Positions 24,990-37,789 of a stretch of DNA of 64,000 nucleotides are shown here, piece by piece (position 1 is the first letter of the stretch; the number at the start of each line of letters is the position of its first letter). The notes beneath the pieces are model-generated. The model did no database searches. It was not told the origin of the DNA and saw nothing but the letters and a program-made list of their open reading frames with translations. The translations under genes were made by a program, and so were the position numbers. Origin of the DNA: Chrysemys picta bellii (Eukaryota); contig NC_088810.1 of NCBI RefSeq assembly GCF_011386835.1, positions 2,232,001 through 2,296,000 of the forward strand. The letters run 5' to 3'.

Positions 24990-25545
24990 CTGAGATTATA
25001 AAGCCAGAAGGGATCCGGTGATCACCTGGTCTCACCGCCTGTATAGCACAGACATAGAACTTTCCCAAAATAATTCCTAGAGGATAGTTTTTAGAAAAAG
25101 CTTTTAGAAAAACACCTTAGTATATTGTTAATCGTTAATCACTCTCACCATTGAAAAGGTATGCCTTATACCCAGTCTGAATTTGTCTAGCTGCAACTGC
25201 CAACCCTTGGTTCATGCTCTACCTTTCTCTGGTAGACTGAAGTGCCCATTATTAACTATTTGTTCCCCATGTAGATACTTACAGTCTATGACCAAGTCAC
25301 TTCTTAACCTTCTTTTTGTTAAGCTAAATAGATCGAGGTCCTTGAGTCGATCACTATAAGGCATGTTTTATAATCCTTTAATCAGTCTTGTGACTCTTCT
25401 CTGAACACTCTCCAATTTATCAATATCCTGCTTAAATTGTGCACCCCAGAACTGGACACAGGATTCCAGCAGTGGTTGCACCAGTGCCAAATACAGAGAT
25501 AAAATAACCTCTCTACTCCTGCTTGAGATTCCCCTATTCAGGCAT
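24990..25545 (-). mobile_element. CR1 fragment nested in the hAT insertion
   Basis: ORF 25368-25553 (REVILSLYLALVQPLLESCVQFWG...LESVQRRVTRLIKGL) is the CR1 ORF2 C-terminus. Confidence 0.85.
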
Positions 25546-26204
25546 CTGGTCACCCTATTTCTGTAGGCATTTTCCCAGGTTTTTTTGTAAAAATCAAAAC
25601 TGAACTGCCCCAGAAATTCTGGCCTGTGGAATCATCGTGAAACTCGCATGGCTCCAACCCTGCCGATGAACCTTTAGATCCACTGCACAGACTTCTGCCA
25701 CTTGAGCTAATGGAGTAAGTGATGGCAGAGGCAGTAGGTTGTCATCCTATATGTGATAGATTAGCTCTATAGGGGGATGAGACACTTTTTTTGCCACTGG
25801 GTTTCACAGATATCTGCTGACAGAAGAGGAACTGTGAAACTCAGGAATCCTGGGTCTATCCCAGGCTCCTGAATGGAGTGGTCTCTAGTAGTCAAAGACC
25901 CTTCTTCCCCGTCCCCTCCAGTCTATGTCTATCCTATTGCTGTCTAACCCGCCCCAGCTCCTCATCTGATTTCAACTGCCCCCCACTACAGCCCTGGATT
26001 CCTTGTCCCAGTTTCCTGGTCCTGTCTCACTCTCCTCTCTCCCCGCCCCCATCCCTGAGATGGGATGTTCGTTCCAGACTGGCAAAATTATAAGGCTTCC
26101 CAACATTTCAACACTTCCCATTCTAATTTTTCGGTTGCTTAACTATAGGCTAGCTCTGCCTACAACAAAGCCTATTCAGAACCTCTGATTAAGGGGATTA
26201 TAAG

Positions 26205-27502
26205 TGTAAGCAGAGTCCGGATGAGCTCTCCCCTGACATCTGGTGGTGAATTATGGCGAGTGTGGAAAAGAACTCCAGGGGCTGATCTTGTTTGCATAGG
26301 CACACCCATCCGCCTGGCATGAAACCACAGCAACTCAAAGTGGTTACTTTGGCTGGTGTGGGACCCCCAGTTTCTCTGTTATTGGGGCAGGAAGAATAAA
26401 GTTTTGTTACCCTGATTCTGTGAATCAAGGCCAGTGGAACTGTTGTATGACAGAAGGACTGAGTGAGTCCTTCACCATTACCTAAGTAGCACTTGCTTGA
26501 CAAGGGGCATGGGTTACAAAACCCAGTGAATGGAGAGGGGATGGGCCCTTCTCTGAGGGGTTGAAACACCAATTGCACTATTTCTTCTTTCCACTGTTGA
26601 ATGTCAGAGCTAACTTTGATTCCATTAGGAGTCTAGTTACAGACTGCTGATCTGAATTCACTTTGGGCCAATGGTGCACTAGCACTGGGGCTCCCTGAGC
26701 TGAAATTGCTAAGAGCTGAAATCACAAAAGAGCTGAGATCACTGAGGCTGTGTTAACTAGTGGGGGAGCCTGAAGCTATATTGCTAAGCGGCTGGCGGAG
26801 CAGCGAGCAGAGTGGAGCCTTGCGAGCGGAGTGGCTGGAGGAGCAGCGAGCAGAGCAGAGCGGAGCCTTGTGGGAGCGGCCCAAGGGACGGCTGAAGTGG
26901 AGCAGAGCTGAGCGGCTCACAGGTCGGTGAGCAGAGCGGAGCAGCTGCCAGAGCAGTTCGTGGGACGGCGGGAGCAGCTCACGGGGCAGCTGGTGGAGTG
27001 GAGCGGCTCGTGGTGAAGGCTGCGGCGGAACCCCGTCGGCCTCGGATCACGTAAGGTGCCCCTTAACGCCCTGCGTTCCCCCCCCCCGAACTCTGGGGCT
27101 GCACTGACCAGGGACAGAGACTTTGGGGGGTTGTTGGACTTTTGGGACTTTGGTGAACCTTGGGTTGCTGGTTTCAAGAACCAAAGGGAAAGGACACAGC
27201 CCAACTTGCTGGGGTGGGTTTTTTGCTCCTGGTTTGTGTTATGAATCCTGTTTGTGGTGTTTTTCCAATTTAATGCTGATGTCGTTTACCTCATGTTATT
27301 AAACATTTTCTGTTACACTCAGACTCCGTGCTTGCGAGAGGGGAAGTATTGCCTCTTAGGGGCGCCCAGGGGGTGGTATGTAATTGTCCCAGGTCACTGG
27401 GTGGGGGCTCGAGCCGGTTTTGCATTGCGTTATTGAAACGGAACCCCTAGATACAGAACCCGGCCCTTGTTGCTGCCAACTTAGATGGGCAGAAGGGTTA
27501 CA
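26205..27502 (+). mobile_element. Solo LTR (1298 bp)
   Basis: TGTAAG...GGTTACA ends; 4-bp TSD TAAG (26201-26204, 27503-27506); internal gagcagagcggagc repeats. Confidence 0.85.
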
Positions 27503-27932
27503 TAAGTGTAGCAACATCCATCATAGCTAGTCACCAAAGATTGAACCTGAGCCATCCAGACTTAAAAGCATGAGCTTCTACTACTTGAGTTCAAGATATA
27601 ACTCCCTTAGCTGGGAGCTATACGGTTATCCTCTGAAAATCCACCAGAGGAGGGCACAAAACACAGGTTGGACAGTGAATTGCAAAAGTGCCAAATATTA
27701 GTATTAGACCTGCAATACTTTTCACAATGAACATCAGCGGGGGATAAACTGGGAGTTTAAGAATATTTGGAAAACAATTTTAGAATAACATTCAGTGCTG
27801 TGGTTTAAAAGAAAAAACAACTGTTAAAACTCATAACTTAGCAGTATTCAGTGTTTGGAAAAAAACCAACTTTTAGGAGCTCTGGGATACAAGTTAAGAA
27901 TGTTGAAACAGGAAGATGTTCTGCTTAGTTAC

Positions 27933-29961
27933 CACCTGGGCGAGGCGGCGTGCTACGGAATACACCTGGGCGAGGCGGCGTGCTATGGAATACACCTGGG
28001 CGAGGCGGCGTGCTATGGAATACACGTGGGCGAGGCGGCGTGCTATGGAATACACCTGGGCGAGGCGGCGTGCTATGGAATACACCTGGGCGAGGCGGCG
28101 TGCTATGGAATACACCTGGGCGAGGCGGCGTGCTATGGAATACACGTGGGCGAGGCGGCGTGCTACGGAATACACCTGGGCGAGGCGGCGTGCTATGGAA
28201 TACACGCGGGCGAGGCGGCGTGCTATGGAATACACCTGGGCGAGGCGGCGTGCTATGGAATACACGCGGGCGAGGCGGCGTGCTATGGAATACACCTGGG
28301 CGAGGCGGCGTGCTATGGAATACACCTGGGCGAGGCGGCGTGCTATGGAATACACCTGGGCGAGGCGGCGTGCTATGGAATACACGTGGGCGAGGCGGCG
28401 TGCTATGGAATACACCTGGGCGAGGCGGCGTGCTATGGAATACACGCGGGCGAGGCGGCGTGCTACGGAATACACGCGGGCGAGGCGGCGTGCTACGGAA
28501 TACACGCGGGCGAGGCGGCGTGCTACGGAATACACGCGGGCGAGGCGGCGTGCTATGGAATACACGCGGGCGAGGCGGCGTGCTACGGAATACACGCGGG
28601 CGAGGCGGCGTGCTATGGAATACACCTGGGCGAGGCGACGTGCTATGGAATACACCTGGGCGAGGCGGCGGGCGAGGCGGCGTGCTATGGAATACACCTG
28701 GGCGAGGCGACGTGCTATGGAATACACGTGGGCGAGGCGGCGGGCGAGGCGGCGTGCTATGGAATACACGTGGGCAAGGCGGCGTGCTATGGAATACACG
28801 TGGGCGAGGCGGCGTGCTATGGAATACACCTGGGCGAGGCGGCGTGCTACGGAATACACCTGGGCGAGGCGGCGTGCTGTGTAATACACGCGGGCGAGGC
28901 GGCGTGCTGTGTAATACACGCGGGCGAGGCGGCGTGCTACGGAATACACGCGGGCGAGGCGGCGTGCTACGGAATACACGCGGGCGAGGCGGCCTGCTAT
29001 GGAATACACCTGGGCGAGGCGGCGTGCTATGGAATACACCTGGGCGAGGCGGCGTGCTACGGAATACACCTGGGCGAGGCGGCGTGCTGTGTAATACACG
29101 TGGGCGAGGCGGCGTGCTGTGTAATACACGCGGGCGAGGCGGCGTGCTACGGAATACACGCGGGCGAGGCGGCGTGCTACGGAATACACGCGGGCGAGGC
29201 GGCCTGCTATGGAATACACGTGGGCGAGGCGGCGTGCTATGGAATACACCTGGGCGAGGCGGCGTGCTATGGAATACACGTGGGCGAGGCGGCGTGCTAT
29301 GGAATACACTTGGGCGAGGCGACGTGCTATGGAATACACCTGGGCGAGGCGGCGGGCGAGGCGGCGTGCTATGGAATACACCTGGGCGAGGCGACGTGCT
29401 ATGGAATACACGTGGGCGAGGCGGCGGGCGAGGCGGCGTGCTATGGAATACACGTGGGCGGGGCGGCGTGCTATGGAATACACGTGGGCGAGGCGGCGTG
29501 CTATGGAATACACCTGGGCGAGGCGGCGTGCTACGGAATACACCTGGGCGAGGCGGCGTGCTACGGAATACACCTGGGCGAGGCGGCGTGCTACGGAATA
29601 CACCTGGGCGAGGTGGCGTGCTGTGTAATACACGCGGGCGAGGCGGCGTGCTGTGTAATACACGCGGGCGAGGCGGCGTGCTACGGAATACACGCGGGCG
29701 AGGCGGCGTGCTACGGAATACACGCGGGCGAGGCGGCCTGCTATGGAATACACCTGGGCGAGGCGGCGTGCTATGGAATACACCTGGGCGAGGCGGCGTG
29801 CTATGGAATACACCTGGGCGAGGCGGCGTGCTATGGAATACACGTGGGCGAGGCGGCGTGCTATGGAATACACCTGGGCGAGGCGGCGTGCTATGGAATA
29901 CACCTGGGCGAGGCGGCGTGCTATGGAATACACTTGGGCGAGGCGGCGTGCTATGGAATAC
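27933..29961. repeat. 30-bp minisatellite, about 66 units (cacctgggcgaggcggcgtgctatggaata), with four 12-bp internal duplications
   Basis: Directly visible. Length 2029 bp = 66x30 + 4x12 + 1. Confidence 0.98.
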
Positions 29962-30234
29962 TTGCAAGATTTCACTGGAATGTTTTACAATATAGAGCAG
30001 CACAATGCTGATTCCATTGATATCGTTGAGCAATTCAGGCTGATTTTATTTCAGCCCACAGCTTAATAGTTTTCAATACTATAGATCACAATTTTCAGCT
30101 CAGTTGGTCTGAACATGCAGAGGTTTAAAATTGCTATGCTCTAAACTGTATATTAACTCCAATGTTATAAACCTGCATGTCAGAGAACTGTGTGCCACTA
30201 CTACTAGACAGTGGCACAGGGCAATTCAGTGTGA

Positions 30235-30500
30235 ATCACAGAAATGTAGGACTGGAAGGGACAACAACAGGTCATCTAGTCAAACCCCTGCACTGAGGCA
30301 GGACTGAGTAATAACAACACTAGACCATCCTTGACAGGGGTTTGTCTAACCTCTTAAGAAACTCCAATGACTGCTATTCCATAACCTCTCTAGGTAATTT
30401 GTCCAGTGCTTAACTACCTCTACAGTTAGGAAGTTTTTCCTAATGTCGAACCTAAATCTCCCTTGCTACAATTTAAGCCCATTGCTTCTTTTTCCTGCAT
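30235..30500 (-). mobile_element. CR1 3' fragment
   Basis: ggactggaaggga...ggtcatctagtc...taacctaaatctcccttgct is a CR1 3'-end pattern. Confidence 0.7.
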
Positions 30501-30519
30501 GTCCTGAGTGGGATGGGGA

Positions 30520-32100
30520 TGAGTCCAGGCAGTGGGATTGGGGGGAGGGAGGTCGAGGAAGTCGGTGGGTGTGTGGGGATGGACCAGGGGAAGCAGGGTG
30601 GAGGAACTGAGGGGGACAGGACTGCAACTGGGGGAGGCGGGGGGGCCTGAGAGAGATGGGACAGGACTGGGATGGGGGGAGCAGGGTAGGGGCTGAGGGG
30701 AGCATGAATGGGACAGGGTAGAGAGCTGTGTAGAGTGGGGCGGGGCGGGGGAGACAATGGGGCTGGGCTGGGGAGGGTTGGGGGATTTGGGAGAGGGACA
30801 GGGACTGGAAGGGATGAGACAGAGGGGAGCAGGACTGGAATGGAGGGAAGTTGCGGGGGTGGGACAGCAGGGGAAGCGATGGGGTGGGATGACGGGAGAG
30901 GCTGAAGAACAGATTTGGGGTGGGGCAGGGACTGAGGTCAGTGGGTTTGGGGTGGGAGATACAGGTGGAACTGCGGGGGAGGCTAAGGGAACAGGTCAGG
31001 GTGAGGGCTGAGGGCAGTGGGTTGGGTCTACACTGGCACCTCTCAGCATTGCTGTGCTGGGCGGCAGACCTGCGCCAGCGCTACCCTGGCGATGGAAGAG
31101 TCCTCAGTGGAAATGCAGACTTCATGACACAGACCCTCCTCCTCACTTCAAACCTGGCGCTGCTCTGGTCAGTCACTAGGCTCTTGTCACTTTCAAACCC
31201 ATGCAAGGTATCCGGCTCTTTTTCAGTTCTCAGGTTAAGAAAAACCTCTACATTCTGTGAGGGCTTCAGCATTCACATTCCTACTTCACAAACTGTCTGC
31301 CTGACACATTGCTCCCAGGGCATTCATCTTTAGTCATTATCGGCAGGTCCATCAGATTAACGAGCAACATGGGGAGGCAACACAATGGTGTCAAGGATTT
31401 TTAATTTTTCAAACCACTTTGGCCTCAACAGGGATAACAGCAAATCTGGACAGAGCAGATGGGTGTCAGGAGGGGTTTGGGTATTTATTCATTTTTTTTT
31501 TAAGTGAAAATGTTTGGGTCTGAGCAAAGGCTGCAAACTTCCCTTTGGAAACCTCTGCTGATCTTTTGCCCCAGGGGCTAACGACAGCCTGGAATCTGGG
31601 ACAGATTTCCATATCCATGCAGGGTGAGATGATTGGGGGGGGGCAAGGGGAGAGACTGTGGGGGAGGTGTTGGAACAGGGGCAGGGACTGAGGGCAGTGG
31701 ATTGAGGGTGGGGAGCACAAGGGGGACACTGTGGGGGAGGCAGAGGGAACAGGGTCAGGGTGGGGGCTGAGGGCAGTGGATTGAGGGTGGGGGCCACAGG
31801 GGGGACACTGCGGGGGAGGCAGAGGGAACAGGGTGGGGGCTGAGGGCAGTGGATTGAGGGTGAGGGGCACAGGGGGAACACTGCGGGGGCGGCTGAGGGA
31901 AGAGGGTCAGGGTGGGGTCTGAGGGCAGTGGGTCGGGTGAGATGATTGGGGGGAGGGGAGGGACTGTGGGGGAGGCAGAGGGAACAGGGTCAGGGGGGCT
32001 GAGGGCAGTGGATTGAGGTTGGGGGGCACAGGGGGGACTGCGGGGGAGGCTGAGGGAACAGGGTCAGGGTGGGGGCTGAGGGCAGTGCGGCTGAGGGGAG
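30520..32100. repeat. G-rich low-complexity and imperfect tandem repeats (30520-31030; about 75-bp units at 31620-32100)
   Basis: Repeated gagggcagtggattgagggt...gcagagggaacagggt units. Confidence 0.7.
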
Positions 32101-33128
32101 TCCCCCCAGAGGGACCTGCCAGGGGGCCAGTGAGCCCAGCAGTGCCCACCTGGAGCGGCTCCCAGGAAGAATCCAGCAGGCAGGTCCCTCCCAGTCCCTC
32201 TGGCCCCTTCCTAGGGTCGGGTCGGGTCGAGGGGAGGGGGGCGGCGGGGGCTCTCTGCCGGAGTCTACAAGCCCCGCCCCGCTGCAGCATGCAGGGGAGT
32301 GAAACCTCCTCACTGCCTCTCCGTGTGCCAGGGCAGGGGCAGGGCTGTGCTCTCTGCAGGCTCCTGCCGGCCAGGCGGGGGCCCTGTGGGCGCGCCGGGA
32401 GCTCAGCTGCGCGCTGCCCCAGGGCCCAGGGGGAGGAAAGGTGAGTGGCGCTGGTGGCGCCGGCTTGCCGCGGTCCCCCTCATATAGGGTGACCAGACGT
32501 CCCGACCAGTGTAAGGTCGGGACGCGGGACAAGTCCCCTAAAATCGGGACTGTCCCGATAATATCGGGACGTCTGGTCACCCTACAGCTGAGCCCCTAGC
32601 TGCTGGGGTCTCCTAGCAGCCCCTCCTCCACAGCCGTCATTCGCAAGGAAGGGCTGACCCGGGCCACACCCCGGATTCCCAGCGAGGGGTTCCCAGCTGT
32701 AGATCCCAAGCAGAGCTGGGTGCCTCCATTCAGCCCAGACTTAGGGGCTTAACTCCGGGCGAGGGTCGGGGCTTAAGCCACACCCCTTTCCTCAGCATTT
32801 CCTATTGACTGGTTTAGGCAGTTGTCTGCTCTGCGTGCTGGCTCTGGCAGATCCCCTCCTCAGGTACCTCCCTCTCCCCATGCACTGTACAGGGAGCCGG
32901 GCCCCGACCCACTGGCTGGCGAGTCACCTGGGGGTTCGGCATCGCAATGCTGAGCCGAAGGCCCCATTGGTGAGCTAGTCACAGGGTCTGGCATAGAACC
33001 CAGGCGTCCTGGCTCCTTAACCGCTGCTCAGACCTACCCACCCCACGCCCTTCCCAGAGCTGGGACTAGGAGAGGATCCAGATGTCCTGGCTTCCCAGCC
33101 TGTTCACTGGCCCAAGTTGGGTGGGGTC

Positions 33129-34493
33129 TAGGGTTACCATCCATCCGTATTTCCCCAGACATGTCCGGCTTTTTCGTCTTTAAATAGCCGTCCGGGAGGA
33201 ATTGGTAACAAGGTTAAAAGGTCTGGGATTTTTCCTCCTCCCCTCCCTTCCATGCAGAATGCGGCGCGGCTGACTGGGCGGCTGGGCCTGATTGAGCCGC
33301 TCCCATTGGCCTCCAGCAGCCAGAGCCCCTCCCCTGCTCACCTCTGCTGCCTCAGCACTCTGCGGGGGAGGCATGTTTTGCCTCCACGTGGAGGAGCCAG
33401 CATCTGACCGGCATGGGCATGGTAAGGGGAGTCCCGGGGGGGCAGTCAGGGAGCAGGGGGAGGGTTGGATGGGTCCCCGGCCTCCACCTGCTACCCCCCT
33501 CTGCGCGTCCCCCCCACACCTCTCCCATGCCTGCTTGTGCTGCTGGAGTAGCACATTCCTACGCCCTCCCGGCAGCAACTGCTGTCTTCTGCCCCAGGGT
33601 CCTAGTGCCCCCTATCCACTCATGGCAAAGCAGGCTGCCCTTACCCTGCCCATCCACCCTAACCCTGAGCCTCTCCAACGCCCCAAACCCCTCATCCCCA
33701 GCCCCAGACCTCATCCCCCCGCACCCTAATCCTCTGCCCCAGCCCTGAGCCCCCTCCTGCATCATGAACCCCTCATCCTGAGCCCCAACCCTCATCCCCC
33801 CACACCCTAATCCTCTGCCCCAGCCCTGAGCCCCCTCCTGCATCATGAACCCCTCATCCTCATACCCACAGCCCTCACCCCTGCACCCCTCCTATCCCCA
33901 AACTCCCTCCCAAACCCTTTACCCCTTCCCACACCCCCCTCCTGCCCTCAAACTCTCTCCCAAAGCCTGCACCCCCTCCCTTTTCACTGCCTCCCACCCC
34001 CAAACTCCATCCCAGAGCCTGCACCCCTCACCCCCTCCTGCACACCCACCCCCTGCCCCAACCCGGAACCTGAACCCAGCACCCAAACTTCATCCCAGAG
34101 CCTGCACCCTGCATCCCTCCTGCGCCCTAATCCCCAGCCCAGGACCCGCACCCCAGACCTCCTCCCCCCACCCAATCCCCCTCCCAGAGCCTTAGGCAGG
34201 TGGGGGGGCGGAGTTGGGGGAGCGGGTTCTGGGCACCACCAAAATTTCTACAAACCTGCCACCCATGTATAAGGGTCGGGGCAGTCAGGGGACAGGTAGG
34301 GTCCTAGTGGGGCAGTTAGTGTGGGGGGTTCTCAGGAGGCGGCAGTCAGGGGACAAGAAGCGGGGGGGGGTTGGAGGTTCTGAGGGGGGCAGTCAGGGGG
34401 TGGGAGGGAGTGAATGGGGGTGGGGCAGGGCTAGAATGGGGCTTCCCCCCCCCCAGTGTCCTCTTTTTTGATTGTGGAAATATGGTAACCCTA
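33129..34493. mobile_element. hAT MITE (1365 bp) 20 bp from the gene 3 exon 2 donor
   Basis: TIRs TAGGGTTACCAT / ATGGTAACCCTA; perfect 8-bp TSD GTGGGGTC (33121-33128, 34494-34501). Confidence 0.9.
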
Positions 34494-36146
34494 GTGGGGT
34501 CCCTCTCACCTACCCAATGTGGATTCTATCCAAAAAATGCCACAAAAGTCCTGCCCAGCACCGCAGGTCTGTCGGTTGCCCGTGCATCTGATTCCTTCGC
34601 CTCTGCAAACCTCACACTGCAGACAGGCCCCTGGAGCCAGAGAGAGAACATGAGCCACCTGGATTTGTCCCTCCCTCGCCTTCCCCGGGGCTCTGTAGGG
34701 AAGCTCCGATTACAGCGCCCTGGGGTCCCTCATCCACCGTGCTGCCCCAGTTCAGTCCTTGTTCCCCGCTGGCTACAGACATTTCATGCTGCTCAGGGGC
34801 TGCATCTCCCCAGGTTCGCTGCAGATTTTAGTTCCCCAATGGGTTTTTCCCACCTCACAAACCCCAGAGAGATCCCCAGTGGGTGTGAGCTGGTCTCACT
34901 CTCAGCAAGGGCCAATTGACACCTGTCATCAAATCCAGTGCAGCTGCGCCCCCCCCTGACACCGGCTGGGCCCTGCCCCACTGACTCCAGTGCAGCAGTG
35001 CCCCATTGACACCAGCTGGTCCCTGGCCCCATTGACACCGGCTGGGGATCGCATTGACCCGCCCTTCAGATTCCCTTGAGCTCCTGCTACTGAAATTCAG
35101 ATCTGCTGCCTGTCACAAAACAGACAATCCCTGTTCGAAATGCCCTTGGCCTCTGGCCAGCTCTGAAACGTGCCCAGTCATGACTGAGTTTTAGTGATTT
35201 AAACTGTAAATGTTTCCTCCCATTTCCACAATTGTTTCACTCGCTGTCACAGGGACTTTGTGACTTCCAGCCCTCTCCTCCTGGGACGTTGTCACTCTGA
35301 CGCCCCCAGCTCAGCCCCCGTTATTCTGTGGCTGCGTTTCGGTTACGTGCGTTAACAGTTTTACCCGGCAGGCGGCTCTGAGCTGTTTATACATTGGAGA
35401 AGTTAGGAAATCAGCCCCTGAAGGAACAGACCCAACTCACCCGTAGCCAGGAGAGCAGCGAGGATGCAGACGGCAAGAGAAGCCTCCATGGTGTTGGGGA
35501 AGCAGTAGATCGGCACTGGGGTCTGTGGTGCAGCCAAATCTCCAGTTCGGGGGTTTGTCACAGACGGTCTGAAATGAGATAAGAAGGGAACTTGCACATG
35601 TAGGAGTCAGTTGATAGAGTGGGAGGAACCACAGAGCCATTTGCCACAGTTCTGGGGTAGCCGCGCCTCTGACCCCTTCCTGGCTGGTATGTTCATGGTA
35701 CCCACACAGAGAAGTCACAGACAAATATCAAATACTCCTGCTGGAAGGTTGCAGTGTAAAATGCCTTTCTTTCTGCGAATCCAACAAAATTACACACAAG
35801 AACCCAAATCAAGATAGAGGCGAAGCAGGCTGCTTTATACAACAGAAAGAGACAAAGCCAGTGGCTCTCTAAACAGAGGGTGACAAAGCAGGCTGCTCCC
35901 TACGGCAGGAAGAGACAGCTCACCCACCTTGATTCTACTCCTGGCTCTAGGAGGGGACTGGGACCTAGTGGTCAGAGAAGTGGGGCCTGGAGCCAGGACT
36001 TCTCGGTTCTATCGCTGGCTCTGGGAGGGGAGTAGGTTCTCATGGTTGGACCAGGAAGGCTGGGGCCAGGACTCCGGGGTTCTATTCCTGCTCTGGGAGG
36101 GGAGTGGGGTCTAGCGGTTAGAGCACCAACAGACCAGAGGGATGTG

Positions 36147-36440
36147 ACTTACCAAAACTCCTTAGGGGTTCAGGCTGAGTAGCGTTTGCCAGGGGTGGAG
36201 CAGATGGATAGTTCAGTGAAGCAGAAAAGATTTGCCAATGTCTGTCTCTCTCCTCTTATAGAAGGGCTCTGCTACGTGGACTGATGTAATGCACTTTTGT
36301 TTGGTTGAGTCCATAAGTTCCTAGTCCCCTCGCCAGCCCTGCCCCCACCCAACGGTGACCCAATTTGGACACATGAGCACATTGACAAATTCGCCACCCT
36401 TCCTGTTGAGAAAAAATCACAGGGATGAGTGAAACCGCCT
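36147..36440 (-). promoter_or_regulatory. Putative promoter and non-coding first exon of gene 3
   Basis: TATAAG (36260-36255) and GTAAGT donor (36152-36147), homologous to the gene 2 module. Acceptor tttcag| gives exon start 35568. Confidence 0.65.
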
Positions 36441-36719
36441 CCCCTTTAAATCATGGGAGGGCAGGGGGGGGGGCAATATGGGGAAGCAGGTCACACAGTG
36501 GGGGGGGCAGGACTCAGATTCCTGGGTTCTATTTCTGCCTTGCTAAGGGCATGTGGGTTAAGGGCAGGACTTCTGGGTCTCATTCCTGCCCCTGGGAGCA
36601 GTGGGGTGAAGTGGTTAGAGGAGTGTGTGGGGGGGAGTGGCAGCACTCCTGGGTTCTGCAGAGTGGGGAGTACTGTGCTCCCCTTAGAGCAGGGTGGGGT
36701 CCGCAGCAGGGCCCAGGGG

Positions 36720-37130
36720 AGTTGGCAGGTAGAGGGTTAGGTGGGTTCCTGAATCTATATGTGAAGGGGCCGGAAAAGGGTACGAAGCTGCTGTGACATT
36801 TTCCACACGTCAGGGCAGAAGCTGAGTGTAGGGACGTCGGGGCAATACAGGGAGCCCCTGTCCATTGCCGTGAAAAGGCAGCGAGCGAGAAGGTGTCCCC
36901 AGGGGGTTGTGGAGCATCGCTGGGAGAGGGCAGAGTGGTGCTGTGGGGGCGCTTGCCTTAACCTGCTAGTTCCTGTATTACAGACGTTTGTGTTTTGCCA
37001 AACTCGATGCTTTGCAAGGGCAGGACCTATCACCAGGCACCCTTAACCCAGCGTTAACCAAGTCCCCCCTCACCCCATGCCCGCTTATGTTTTATTCTTG
37101 GATTTATTCCTGGTACCTGGACATTACCTG
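36720..37130 (+). mobile_element. Highly degraded L1-like ORF2 C-terminal fragment (paralogous copies about 47340-47740 +, 60470-60880 +, 1020-1090 -)
   Basis: Conserved frame ...HHWER..FAELDALQGQDLSPGSLNPVLTKF..PLSFILG, with substitutions between copies biased to third codon positions. L1 assignment is by resemblance only. Confidence 0.45.
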
Positions 37131-37789
37131 ATATGTAGGGCCCTACCAAATTTGGAAAATGGAACCCCCCCGAGTGAATCAAAGAAACCCAGGGCAGTAA
37201 ATATATTAAGAAGTAGCCTAACGTTCACTTACAAGATCAGTGTCTGACCACTTCTTCATACTGTCCCTACCCAGTTAGGTAAATATACATGGCTAAGCAT
37301 TTGGGTACAATTAAACTTGAAGGTACTTGCAACTGAATCGGATATAAAAAAAAAACCCCAAGAAGACACCCATCGAATGGACCACATGTGGTAAAACTGG
37401 ATTATAGGGAACAAGTTACTGTAACACCAATACGATCTCTAAAACAAACTGACTTGGACCTCACTGGGTTAAAGGTATCCAAGGTCGCACCTCAAGGCGT
37501 CCTAGATGTAGACTCTTCATAAGGGCTGGGCAGTCTGGTTAAAATGATGGTATATGGAAAAATCCATAGGAAGGCCTCCAACGGTATATTGGAAGCTGCT
37601 GTGGGTGGAACTGAATTAGGAGTGGAAACACTGGATGTTACTAACACCCGGGGAGTTGGGGCAGGACGGACAGGGTCTGTATTGTACATGAGTATAGAAA
37701 ATATTTTCAGTTTCAGCAATGAGGAAAACTGAAAATTGACCTTCCCCTTCCCTCTCTTTTTCCATTTTTCAGTCAGGGGGAAGGTTATA

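Larger units (their letters stand above)
24754..32584. mobile_element. 7.8-kb hAT (Blackjack-type TIR) bounded insertion with nested elements in gene 3 intron 2
   Basis: TAGGGTGACCAG at 24754 and CTGGTCACCCTA ending 32584. Perfect 8-bp TSD CAGCTGAG (24746-24753, 32585-32592). Single CAGCTGAG at the empty site in gene 4 intron 2 (about 41992). Confidence 0.85.
22583..35489 (-). pseudogene. Gene 3: PLA2 inhibitor gamma / PINLYP-like paralog, frameshifted as read. Exons 35489-35441, 34630-34514, 24388-24239, 23845-23704, 22797-22583; 10.1-kb intron 2
   Basis: All five exons and splice sites are present. Exon 4 is 142 nt rather than 141 because of six Gs at 23838-23843 (five in paralogs), giving V-P-P-G-stop (TGA at 23834-23832). 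No other lesion seen. AATAAA (- strand) at 21980-21985. Family identity is near certain; pseudogene versus homopolymer error is uncertain. Confidence 0.6.

Noticed and set aside
27933-29961. CRISPR-like array
   Set aside because: Units are head-to-tail with no unique spacers, and the context is a vertebrate genome with no cas genes.
27855-30033. Approximately 700-aa ORFs in four frames (HLGEAACYGI, TPGRGGVLWN/RGG-rich, ARRLAQVYSI, STPPRPGVFH repeats)
   Set aside because: By-product of a stop-free 30-bp unit. Open on both strands, intronic, inside a transposon, with no supporting promoter or splice context.
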